A stretch of DNA of 31,062 nt from Candidatus Zixiibacteriota bacterium (GTDB lineage Bacteria; RBG-13-66-14; B26-G2; WVWN01): positions 1 to 31,062 of the forward strand of contig JASFLY010000031.1 in NCBI GenBank assembly GCA_050117845.1. Direction: 5' to 3'. Below the pieces are notes generated by a model. The model was not told the origin of the DNA. It saw nothing but the letters and a program-made list of their open reading frames with translations, and searched no databases. Position 1 is the first letter of the stretch; each line of letters starts with the position of its first letter. Shown one piece after another: positions 8,804 through 17,163 of this stretch. The position numbers and the translations under genes are program-made.

Positions 8804-9805
8804 CTAGCCTCGTCTGCTTTTTATCTCCGCCATCAAGGCCGGGACGACTTCGTAGAGGTCGCCCACGATGCCGTACGTGGCCACCTTGAAGATGGGCGCC
8901 TCCTCGTCCTTGTTGATGGCGACGATGACGTCGGAGGAGCCCATGCCCGCCATGTGCTGGACCGCGCCCGAGATGCCGCAGGCGAAGTAGAGCTTGGGCC
9001 GCACGTTCCGGCCCGTCTGGCCTACCTGATGGGAGTACTCGATCCATCCCGCGTCCACGGCGGCCCGCGACGCTCCCACCGCGGCGCCCAGGACTTCCGC
9101 GAATTCCTTGAGCAGTTCGAACCCTTCCGGCTTGCCCAGGCCCCGGCCGCCCGATACGATGACGTCGGCTTCGCCCAGGTTGACCGTTTCCGTGGCCTCC
9201 AGGAAGGATACGACCTCGGCCACGTCGTCCTCGGCCGCGAGCTGGGGCGCGAACGCCACCACCTCGCCGGTGCGGGACGAGTCGGGCGCGAGGGCCTTCA
9301 TGGCCTTGGGGCGCACGGTCGCGAACTGCGGCCGCGCGTCGGCCGTTACGACGTCGCTCATGACGCGGCCGCCGCAGCTGACGCGCGTCTGGACCAGGTT
9401 CCCGGCGTCGTCCACGGCCAGGCCCACGCAGTCGGACGCGAGGCCGGTCCGGACGAACGTCGCCGCCGCGCCGGATATGTCGCGACCCTGAGTGGTCGCC
9501 CCGGCCAGTACGACCGCGGGCTTGAGTTCGTCGATGAGGCCCGCCAGCGCCCGGCCGTAGGGCCGGGGCCGGAAGTCGCCCAGCATGTCGTGTTCGACGG
9601 TGTAGACCTTGTCGGCCCCGGCGGCGAAGAGTTCGCTTGCCAGGTCCGCGGCCCCCGGGCCGAATACGGCGGCCGCAAGTTCGCCGCCCAGCTTGTCGGC
9701 CAGTTCCCGGCCTATCCCCAGGACCTCGGGGCCTACCGGCGCCACGCCGCCGTCCCGTTTTCTTTCGATATAGGCTAAAACGCCTTTATAATCGTCGTTC
9801 GCCAT
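8804..9805 (-). CDS. etfA: electron transfer flavoprotein alpha subunit
   Basis: [37 protein letters not shown] motifs. Confidence 0.95.
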   Translation of the reverse strand: MANDDYKGVLAYIERKRDGGVAPVGPEVLGIGRELADKLGGELAAAVFGPGAADLASELFAAGADKVYTVEHDMLGDFRPRPYGRALAGLIDELKPAVVLAGATTQGRDISGAAATFVRTGLASDCVGLAVDDAGNLVQTRVSCGGRVMSDVVTADARPQFATVRPKAMKALAPDSSRTGEVVAFAPQLAAEDDVAEVVSFLEATETVNLGEADVIVSGGRGLGKPEGFELLKEFAEVLGAAVGASRAAVDAGWIEYSHQVGQTGRNVRPKLYFACGISGAVQHMAGMGSSDVIVAINKDEEAPIFKVATYGIVGDLYEVVPALMAEIKSRRG

Positions 9806-9818
9806 AATATTGCCTCGT

Positions 9819-10610
9819 TTATATAATGCCCTCGTCGAGTAGTTTATCCGTCACGGCCTTGGCCGCGTCCGCGGGTTCCCCGGGGATTATCTCGCCGCCG
9901 GCCCGCTCGGCCGGCCGGTAGATGCGCGATATTTTCACGAAGGAGCCGGCCTCGCCCGCGTCGCCGGCCGCAAGGCCGATCGCGGCGGCGTCCCACATCG
10001 GGACCTCCACCTTTTTGGCCTTCCGAATGCCCATGAGCGACGAGTAGCGGGGCTCGTTAATCTCCTTGACGACCGATATAGCCGCCGGCAGCGGCGCTTT
10101 CACGACCTCGCGGCCGCTCTCGAGCAAACGCTCGACCGTCGCCGTTTTGCCGTCGGCGTCGAACTCCTCTACCTTCGCGACGAAGTTGAGCATGGGGACG
10201 CCCAACATCGCGGCCAGCCGGGGCGCCACCACGCCGGTGTCGCCGTCGAAGGTGGCCTTGCCGAAGAAGATGGCGTCGTACGGCTCGAGCTTCGCGAGGG
10301 CCGCGGCGAGTACCGTCGCCGTCGCCCAGGTGTCGCCGCCCGCGAAGGCCTCGTCCCAGACGTGGACCGCGGCGTCGCAGCCCATGGCGAGCGCGGTGCG
10401 CAGCGCCTCGTCCGCGGCGGGCGGGCCGAGGGTAATGGCCGTCACGGTCCCGCCGAGTTTCTCCTTGAGCCGGACGGCCTCCTCGATGGCGAACTCGTCG
10501 AACGGATTGACGACCAGAGGAACGCCCTCGCGCTTAATGACGCCGGCGTCGAAGTCTATTTGAATTTCTTGGGTATCGGGTACCTGTTTGATGCACACAA
10601 CGGCGTGCAT
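9819..10610 (-). CDS. etfB: electron transfer flavoprotein beta subunit
   Basis: VCIKQVPD, NPFDEFAIEEA, ALAMG, DTWAT, DGDTG, EPRY motifs; GGAGG RBS upstream. Confidence 0.95.
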   Translation of the reverse strand: MHAVVCIKQVPDTQEIQIDFDAGVIKREGVPLVVNPFDEFAIEEAVRLKEKLGGTVTAITLGPPAADEALRTALAMGCDAAVHVWDEAFAGGDTWATATVLAAALAKLEPYDAIFFGKATFDGDTGVVAPRLAAMLGVPMLNFVAKVEEFDADGKTATVERLLESGREVVKAPLPAAISVVKEINEPRYSSLMGIRKAKKVEVPMWDAAAIGLAAGDAGEAGSFVKISRIYRPAERAGGEIIPGEPADAAKAVTDKLLDEGII

Positions 10611-10640
10611 AACTGCCTCCTCGGAATTCGTAGTTCGCGT

Positions 10641-10669
10641 ATTATAGCCGACGGCGTCGTCGAAATCAA
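10641..10669 (-). promoter_or_regulatory. sigma70-type promoter of etfBA
   Basis: minus strand TTGATT (10669-10664), 17 nt spacer, TATAAT (10646-10641). Confidence 0.65.
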
Positions 10670-10722
10670 GGTAAAATGAGTTACGGTCCGATTATCGCGC
10701 TTACAAGGCCTCGACTTTTAGC

Positions 10723-10751
10723 TTGCAATAAGGGTTTATTAACATTATGAT
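10723..10751 (+). promoter_or_regulatory. sigma70-type promoter facing the cyclase gene
   Basis: TTGCAA (10723-10728), 17 nt spacer, TATGAT (10746-10751); a second TATAAT lies at 10876-10881. Confidence 0.55.
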
Positions 10752-10951
10752 GTGTGTCAAGTACGGGGGCGGGGAATTAACCGCGTCGGACGCGGGGTGA
10801 ATATTGCGTCCGTTCGTTAATAATAAAAAGTACGTCGGGTTGCCCCCAGTCGTTTCATTATCTCGTGAATTCCGTTATAATTTATTTATAATGACTCCCG
10901 GAGTCGGCCCGATTCCTCGCCGGCCCGGCGCTCCGGCGTATATCGACGAAT

Positions 10952-13900
10952 ATGGACGAAAAACCTTCCAAATGTAGCATGTGCGGGTTCGAGAATCCGC
11001 CCGGGATGAGGTTCTGCGGCGGGTGCGGCGCCCCCATCGCGGAAGTCGACGTGGAGGAGGAGCGCAAACACGTCGCCGTCCTCTTCGCCGACATCTGCGA
11101 CTTCACGGCGCTGGTCGCGAGCAGCGACGCCGAGGAGACGAAGGACAAGATAGACCTCTGCCTCAATACGATGGCGGAGGAGGTCGTCGCCATGGACGGC
11201 GTGGTCGAGAAGTTCATCGGCGACGCCATCATGGCGGTCTTCGGCGTCCCGGTGGCCCACGAGAACGACGCCGAGCGGGCCGTCCGGGCCGCCCTTCGGA
11301 TTCTGGAGCAGGTTCGCTGGTTCGGCGCGACCGCCGGCCTGGAGGTGGAGCTGCGCATTGGCGTCCACTTCGGCGAGGTCATCGCGAGCGTCCACGACCA
11401 GGCGCCCGGCCGCGGCCACCACATCTTCGGCGACGTCGTGAACGTGGCCTCCCGGCTGGAGAAGACGGGCGAGGCCGGGGCCGTGGTCGTCAGCGAGGAA
11501 GTCTACCGGCAGACCGATAAGGTGTTCGAATTCGAAAGCCTCCCGGCGGTATCGGCCAAAGGCGTGGCCGAGCCGCTGGTGCGCTACCGCGTCCTGGGCG
11601 AGAAGGCGGAGCGCGGCAAGATCCGCGGCATCCGGGGCCTCTCGGCCCCCATGGTGGGGCGGGCCGACGAGCTGGCCCGCTTGATGAAGAGCTACGGCGA
11701 GGCGGCGGACGGCAAGGGCGCGCGCGTGACCGCGGTGGTGGGGGAGGCCGGCATCGGCAAAACCCGCCTATCCGAAGAGCTCATCCAGGCCGCTCGGGAT
11801 CGGGGCCCCGAGCCCCGGGTCCTCTACGGCCGCTGCCTCTCCTACACCGGCGCGCCCTCCTACCTGCCGTTCATCCAGATGCTTAAGAGCGAAATCGGCG
11901 CCAAAGATAGTATGACGCCGGCCGAGGTGAAGGCCCTCCTCGAGATAGCTCTGACGGACGTGCTGGGCGGCACGACGCTGGGCGACGTTAACGCCGCCGG
12001 GATCCTGGGCGAACTGCTCGCGCCCGCCGGCAACGGCTATCGGCCGGGCGGCCACGACACCGAGCAGATCCAGGCCCAGACCTTCTGGCTTTTCGAAAAG
12101 TACCTGGCCGCCCTCGCCGAGCGCGGCCCCGTCATACTCCTGATAGAAGACGCCCAATGGGGCGACGCTTCGACGCTGGCGCTCATCGAGCACCTGGCCC
12201 GGGCGCTGTCCAACTCGCGGACTTTAGTCCTCCTGAATACGAGGCCGGCGAGGGAGTACGGCCCCGGCGCCGAACACCTGATGCGAAAGTTGGGCGAGTT
12301 GCCCTACTTCGATTCCATCACCCTCGAGGACCTCTCGGCCGACGAGGCCGGCGAGCTGGTCGCCGCTCTCCTCGAGGTGGAAAGGCTCCCCGCGCCCACG
12401 CGCACCTTCATCATCGAACGGGCGGCCGGGAATCCCTTCTTCGTCGAGGAAATAATCAAGGCCCTCATCGAGGCCGGCGTCCTGGTCCAGCGGGGCGACT
12501 CGTGGGCGGCCACCCGCGACATCGAAACGCTGGACATCCCCGACACCATCGAGGGCGTATTGCGCTCCCGCGTCGACAACCTGCCCCGCGTCCAGAAGCG
12601 CCTCATCCAGCGGGCGTCCGTCGTGGGGGAGGTCTTCTGGCGCAAGGTCGTGGCGGAGCTCATGGAGCGCGCGGTCGACGACTTCCTCGACGACCTGGAG
12701 CGCCGCGACATGGTCCGCCAGCGCCTAGAGTCCATCTTCGAGGACGACCTGGAGTACATGTTCAAACACGCCATCCTCCACGAGACGGTGTACAACGGCA
12801 TCCTGCGGCGCGTCCGCCGCAACCTGCACCTTCGCACCGCCGAGTGGATAGAACGTAACTACCGGGAACACATCGAGTCGTACCTGTCGCTCGTCGGCCA
12901 CCACTTCGAAATGGGCGGCGAGGCCGCCCGCGCCGCCGACTACTACCTGCGGGCGGGCCTGCGCGCCTCGTCCCTCTACGCCAACGACAGCGCCAAGGAA
13001 TTCTTCGGCCGGGCGACGGAGAACGGCAAGACGCCCGACGTCCTCCGGCCGGCGTACCTGAACTGGGGAGAGGTCTGCGCCCGCACCGGCGACAACGACA
13101 ACGCCATCTCGAACTACGAGGCGTGCCTGACCTCCTGCCGGAGCGCCGTCGAGGAGGCCGAGGTCTACCAGCGGCTGGGCGACGTCCACGAGCGGATGAG
13201 CGATTATCCCAAGGCGCTCGATTACTATACCCTCGCGGAGGAACTGCTCGACGGCCAGCCGCCGACGTTAATCCTTTCTCACATTTACAAGAGTACGGCC
13301 TGGGTGCATTACCTGCGCGGCGATAACGACCGCGCGTTCGAGACCGCCCAGAAGGCGGACGAGGTCCTGGGGCTTCTCGGCCGGGAGGACTACGAGGCCG
13401 ACATGGTCCGGGCCCGGCTCCACAGCGTCCGCGGCGCCGTCTACCACGAGTGGAACCTGCCCGACGAGGCCCGCGCCGAATACGACCACACGCTCGAACT
13501 CTACGAGAAGAACGGCAACCTATTCGGCGTCGGCACGATATTGAATAATATCGGGACCACGGAGATGACCCAGGGCCACATCGGGGCCGCCATAACGACC
13601 CTTCAACAATCTTTCGACCTCGCCGGCCGCTCCGGCAATCGGTTCGGCCAGGCCGTCGCCTGCTGCAACATCGGCGAGTGCTACCTGACGATCGGCGATT
13701 ACGACGAGGCGAAGAAATATTTCGACCTCTATCTGGAAATAAACGCCGGCATCGGGAACCTTCTGGGCGACGGCTACGCCTACGACGGCCTCGCGTACGT
13801 CGCGGCGGAGGCCGGCGACCCGAAGAAGGCCGAGGAGTTGTTCGAGAAGTCCATCGCCATCTTCGAGGAAGTGGGCGCTACGGGGAACGAGCGGGAGGTC

Positions 13901-14311
13901 CGTCTCTCGCTGGCCGAGTTCCTTGCCGGCCGGGGGCGCCGCGAGGAGGCCGAGGCCATCGTCGCCGCCGAACGCGCCCGCCAGGACGACACCCGCCTTC
14001 AACTCCGCGAGGCGATAATAATGTCCCGCTTGCCGGCCGACAAGTGGAGAGACGACGAGGAAGACCGCGTTAAGATTAAGCAGATAACCTACCGCGGCGC
14101 CGCGACGCTGGCCGCGCTCAAGGACGTCATAGAGCGTTTCGAGGCCGCGGTGGCGCTGGGCCGCTTGAGCGCGGCCCTGGGGGACGAGGACAACGCCCGT
14201 ATATTCCGGGCCGAGGCCGAGAAGCTGGCCCGTGGCCTGGAGGCCGGCATCGAAGAGGAAAGCCAGCGAGAGAGCTTCCGCCGCCGGCTGGACGAACAGG
14301 TCTGGTGGTAA
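10952..14311 (+). CDS. zinc-ribbon + class III adenylate/guanylate cyclase + STAND AAA ATPase + TPR protein
   Basis: CSMC..FCGGCG zinc ribbon; LFADI, EKFIGDA, RIGVH.GEV, GDVVNVASRLE cyclase motifs; Walker A GEAGIGKT; Walker B LIEDAQW; GNPFF; FKHAIL; C-terminal TPR-like helical repeats. Confidence 0.92.
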   Translation: MDEKPSKCSMCGFENPPGMRFCGGCGAPIAEVDVEEERKHVAVLFADICDFTALVASSDAEETKDKIDLCLNTMAEEVVAMDGVVEKFIGDAIMAVFGVPVAHENDAERAVRAALRILEQVRWFGATAGLEVELRIGVHFGEVIASVHDQAPGRGHHIFGDVVNVASRLEKTGEAGAVVVSEEVYRQTDKVFEFESLPAVSAKGVAEPLVRYRVLGEKAERGKIRGIRGLSAPMVGRADELARLMKSYGEAADGKGARVTAVVGEAGIGKTRLSEELIQAARDRGPEPRVLYGRCLSYTGAPSYLPFIQMLKSEIGAKDSMTPAEVKALLEIALTDVLGGTTLGDVNAAGILGELLAPAGNGYRPGGHDTEQIQAQTFWLFEKYLAALAERGPVILLIEDAQWGDASTLALIEHLARALSNSRTLVLLNTRPAREYGPGAEHLMRKLGELPYFDSITLEDLSADEAGELVAALLEVERLPAPTRTFIIERAAGNPFFVEEIIKALIEAGVLVQRGDSWAATRDIETLDIPDTIEGVLRSRVDNLPRVQKRLIQRASVVGEVFWRKVVAELMERAVDDFLDDLERRDMVRQRLESIFEDDLEYMFKHAILHETVYNGILRRVRRNLHLRTAEWIERNYREHIESYLSLVGHHFEMGGEAARAADYYLRAGLRASSLYANDSAKEFFGRATENGKTPDVLRPAYLNWGEVCARTGDNDNAISNYEACLTSCRSAVEEAEVYQRLGDVHERMSDYPKALDYYTLAEELLDGQPPTLILSHIYKSTAWVHYLRGDNDRAFETAQKADEVLGLLGREDYEADMVRARLHSVRGAVYHEWNLPDEARAEYDHTLELYEKNGNLFGVGTILNNIGTTEMTQGHIGAAITTLQQSFDLAGRSGNRFGQAVACCNIGECYLTIGDYDEAKKYFDLYLEINAGIGNLLGDGYAYDGLAYVAAEAGDPKKAEELFEKSIAIFEEVGATGNEREVRLSLAEFLAGRGRREEAEAIVAAERARQDDTRLQLREAIIMSRLPADKWRDDEEDRVKIKQITYRGAATLAALKDVIERFEAAVALGRLSAALGDEDNARIFRAEAEKLARGLEAGIEEESQRESFRRRLDEQVWW

Positions 14312-14343
14312 TAGGCGGGCGACGAACGCGGTTTCAGGTTGAG

Positions 14344-14381
14344 AAAAAGTAGGGGACGACCTTCAGGTCGTCCCGTTTTTT
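14344..14381. terminator. intrinsic terminator between convergent genes, probably bidirectional
   Basis: GGGACGACC-TTCA-GGTCGTCCC stem-loop followed by GTTTTTT, with an A-run upstream. Confidence 0.75.
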
Positions 14382-14405
14382 GACGGGGTCAAGGACCGCC
14401 CGGCG

Positions 14406-14657
14406 TTACTCCTCGGGTTTATAATGCTCTTTCAGGAGGGATTTGGCCTTGGCGGGCGTGGGGACGCGGCCTACGAGGACGACCTCGCCGTCTATAATGA
14501 CGGCCGGCGTGGACATGACGCCGCGGGAGGCGATGGTCGCGACGTCGGTGATGTACTGAATGTCGGCCGGTATTTCGAGTTCGGCTGCCGCGTTCATTAT
14601 CGTCCGGAACGTTTGTTCGCAGCGGGTACAGCCGGGGCCGAATACTTCCACTTTCAT
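14406..14657 (-). CDS. small redox-active disulfide protein (thioredoxin-like, MTH895-type)
   Basis: 83 aa, GPGCTRC CxxC motif and GVMSTPAVIIDG cis-Pro motif; AAGGAG RBS. Confidence 0.88.
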   Translation of the reverse strand: MKVEVFGPGCTRCEQTFRTIMNAAAELEIPADIQYITDVATIASRGVMSTPAVIIDGEVVLVGRVPTPAKAKSLLKEHYKPEE

Positions 14658-14683
14658 ATCGCGGACTCCTTTTATCTTTTATA

Positions 14684-15310
14684 TTAATACGGCAGGGCCA
14701 GGGCCGTGTAGTGGCCGACGAGCCAGACGGCCGTCCCGGCGGCGAGCGGAATGGTGAAGTTGTCCGCAAGGCTGCCGCTTAAAAGCTCCGCCACCGCCGC
14801 CACGCCGGCGCCGATAAGCGCGAGTTCCCATCCCAGGAAATACCAGCCGACGAGGAAGCAGGCGGCGAAGCAGGCCAGCGTCCCCTCCAGCGTCTTGCCT
14901 CCGATAAGGCGGACGCGGCCCACCGCCCGGCCTACCAACTCCGCGGCGGTATCGCCCAGGCCGAGGAAGGCCAGAACCACCCAGGCGATTAAACGCGGGA
15001 AAATAAGCATTACGAGGAAGCTCGCGATAAGGTAGGGGATGGTGGCGTTGAGGGTCCGACGTTCCTCCGGCCTCATAATCCGGCCGAACACCGTCTCGAA
15101 GACCCGGGCGGCGAACGGGACCTTGAAGCGCAGGACCTCGAGGACTATGGCTCCGGCGATAACCGTTCCCAGTACGACGAGGACCGTAATCTTTGAAAAC
15201 ACGCCCCAGTAATACAACGCCGGGAACGCCAAACCCAGGATATGCCAGCTTTTTCGGAGGTAAACGTTCATGCCGCGGTGGATTTTAATATAGGGCGGCG
15301 TTTCGGCCAA
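14684..15310 (-). CDS. CTP-dependent diacylglycerol/polyprenol (dolichol/phytol) kinase family membrane protein
   Basis: multi-pass hydrophobic; RKSWH, GLGDTAAELVG, KTLEG and DNFTIP motifs of the SEC59/DGK1/VTE5 family; start may be the ATG at 15271. Confidence 0.8.
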   Translation of the reverse strand: MAETPPYIKIHRGMNVYLRKSWHILGLAFPALYYWGVFSKITVLVVLGTVIAGAIVLEVLRFKVPFAARVFETVFGRIMRPEERRTLNATIPYLIASFLVMLIFPRLIAWVVLAFLGLGDTAAELVGRAVGRVRLIGGKTLEGTLACFAACFLVGWYFLGWELALIGAGVAAVAELLSGSLADNFTIPLAAGTAVWLVGHYTALALPY

Positions 15311-15341
15311 GTTAAAATTCCTTCGGGGAAGACGTTTTTTG

Positions 15342-15350
15342 TGTTAAGAT
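15342..15350 (+). promoter_or_regulatory. extended -10 promoter element for the hypothetical-gltX unit
   Basis: TG-T-TAAGAT ending 9 nt before ATG 15360; no SD visible, so nearly leaderless. Confidence 0.4.
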
Positions 15351-15359
15351 ACGCCGCTT

Positions 15360-15656
15360 ATGTCTGAATTCGCGGGTATTTCCAAGCTATTGCCGGCACT
15401 CGAGGAAGAAGACGTCGAACGCCTCCTGGCGTACGTCGGCGAAATCGAGGACCTGGGCGCCGACCTGGACGCGCTGATGGATTACATCCAGACGCAACGT
15501 CCCGACCTCCAGAGTCTCATAGTCGCCATTGCACGTTCGTACGCGGCCGCCGGGGAACGAACCATCGAGGACGTTACGACCGGCGTGTTGACCTTCCTCC
15601 TCTTGATGGACAAGGCGTGGGCCGACCTCTACGGCGACGCCTGGCCGGTACATTAA
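15360..15656 (+). CDS. hypothetical acidic helical protein (98 aa)
   Basis: fills the gap ahead of gltX (11 nt spacing), host-like codon usage; no recognisable motif. Confidence 0.7.
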   Translation: MSEFAGISKLLPALEEEDVERLLAYVGEIEDLGADLDALMDYIQTQRPDLQSLIVAIARSYAAAGERTIEDVTTGVLTFLLLMDKAWADLYGDAWPVH

Positions 15657-15667
15657 GGTAAAGCTTT

Positions 15668-17137
15668 ATGCCGAAAAAAAACGTCCGGGTCCGGTTCGCG
15701 CCGGCCCCGACCGGATATCTGCACGTCGGCGGCGCCCGGACCGCCCTTTTTAATTACCTCTTCGCCCGGCAACATCACGGCAAATTCGTCCTCCGCATCG
15801 AGGATACGGACGCCGAACGCTCGAGCGAGGAATACTACGCCTCCATCGTCGAGGCGTTGCGCTGGCTGGGCCTCGATTGGGACGAGGGCCCCGAGGCCGG
15901 CGGGCCCCACGGCCCCTACCGCCAGTCCGAGCGACGCGCCATTTACGACGAGCATATAGGCCGTCTCGTCGAGGCCGACGCCGCGTACGAGTGCTACTGT
16001 ACGCCGGAGGAACTCGACCGCAAACGTGAGGCGATGCGCGACGCCGGCCAGGCTCCCCGGTACGACGGCGCGTGCGCGGGCCTAACCGCCGCCGAACGGG
16101 AAGAAAAACGCGCCGCGGGCCAGAAGCCCTGCCTGCGCTTCCGCATGGACCCGGCCGCCGACCTGGCGTACGACGACCTTATCCGCGGCCGCGTGGAGAT
16201 TAAGGCCGCCGACCTCGACGACTTCGTCATCGCCCGGCCAGACGGTTCGCCGACCTACAACTTCGTCTGCGCCGTGGACGACACCACGATGGCCATAAGC
16301 CACGTCATCCGGGGCGAGGACCACATCTCCAATACGCCCCGCCAGATAGCGGTCTATCGGGCGCTCGGCGCCGAACCGCCGGTCTTCGCGCACGTCCCGC
16401 TCCTCCTGGGGCCGGACAAGAGCCGGCTGTCCAAGCGCCACGGCGCCAAGGCCGTCCTCGAATACCGGGACGAGGGTTTCCTGCCCGAAGCCTTCGTTAA
16501 TTTCCTCGCTCTGCTCGGCTGGTCTTACGACGACGAGCGCGAGTTCTTCAGCCTGAAGGAACTCAAGAAATATTTTTCGCTCGAGCGCGTCGCCAAGAAG
16601 GGCGCCGTCTTCGACGTCGACAAGCTGACGTGGATGAACGGCTCGTACCTCCGTCAGATGTCGCCGGCCGACGTCTTCCGGCGGGCCCGGCCGTTGCTCG
16701 TGCGCGCCGGCCTCGTAGGCGAGGAGGACGACGAGCGCTCCCGCCTGGCCGAGAAGGCCCTCGCGCTCGAACACGAGAAACTAAAAACTTTGAGAGACGC
16801 GCCGGACCTTATTAGCTTCTTCTTCTCGGAGGACGTAACGTACGACGACAAGGCCAAAAAAAACCTGTCCAAGCTGCCGGGCGGCGCCGATACGTTGCGC
16901 TACGTGGCCGAGGCGTGCGCGGCCCTGCCGTCCCTGACGGCGGCGACGCTGGAGGAGAAGGTTCGGGCCATAGCCGAGGAGAAGGAGATGGGCGCGGGGA
17001 AAATAATCCACGCCGTGCGCGCGGCGCTGTCCGGCCGGGCGACCGGCCCGTCGCTTTTCGAGATGGCGGCGTTGATGGGGCAGGAGCGCGTCGTCAAGCG
17101 GATTATGAAGGCGGCCTCGTCTTACCCGTCCTCGTAA
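15668..17137 (+). CDS. gltX: glutamate--tRNA ligase
   Basis: RVRFAPAPTGYLHVGG (HIGH), LRIEDTD, YRQSER, CYC..YDGAC zinc motif, VIRGEDH, RLSKR (KMSKS), full anticodon-binding domain. Confidence 0.97.
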   Translation: MPKKNVRVRFAPAPTGYLHVGGARTALFNYLFARQHHGKFVLRIEDTDAERSSEEYYASIVEALRWLGLDWDEGPEAGGPHGPYRQSERRAIYDEHIGRLVEADAAYECYCTPEELDRKREAMRDAGQAPRYDGACAGLTAAEREEKRAAGQKPCLRFRMDPAADLAYDDLIRGRVEIKAADLDDFVIARPDGSPTYNFVCAVDDTTMAISHVIRGEDHISNTPRQIAVYRALGAEPPVFAHVPLLLGPDKSRLSKRHGAKAVLEYRDEGFLPEAFVNFLALLGWSYDDEREFFSLKELKKYFSLERVAKKGAVFDVDKLTWMNGSYLRQMSPADVFRRARPLLVRAGLVGEEDDERSRLAEKALALEHEKLKTLRDAPDLISFFFSEDVTYDDKAKKNLSKLPGGADTLRYVAEACAALPSLTAATLEEKVRAIAEEKEMGAGKIIHAVRAALSGRATGPSLFEMAALMGQERVVKRIMKAASSYPSS

Positions 17138-17163
17138 ACCTCGCCGGGTAAAACTTCTATACC

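Noticed and set aside
2..10563. Long plus-strand ORFs (e.g. 2-829, 573-1532, 3101-4195, 7498-8481, 8672-9778)
   Set aside because: Antisense shadows of well-supported minus-strand genes; expected in GC-rich DNA and carry no motifs
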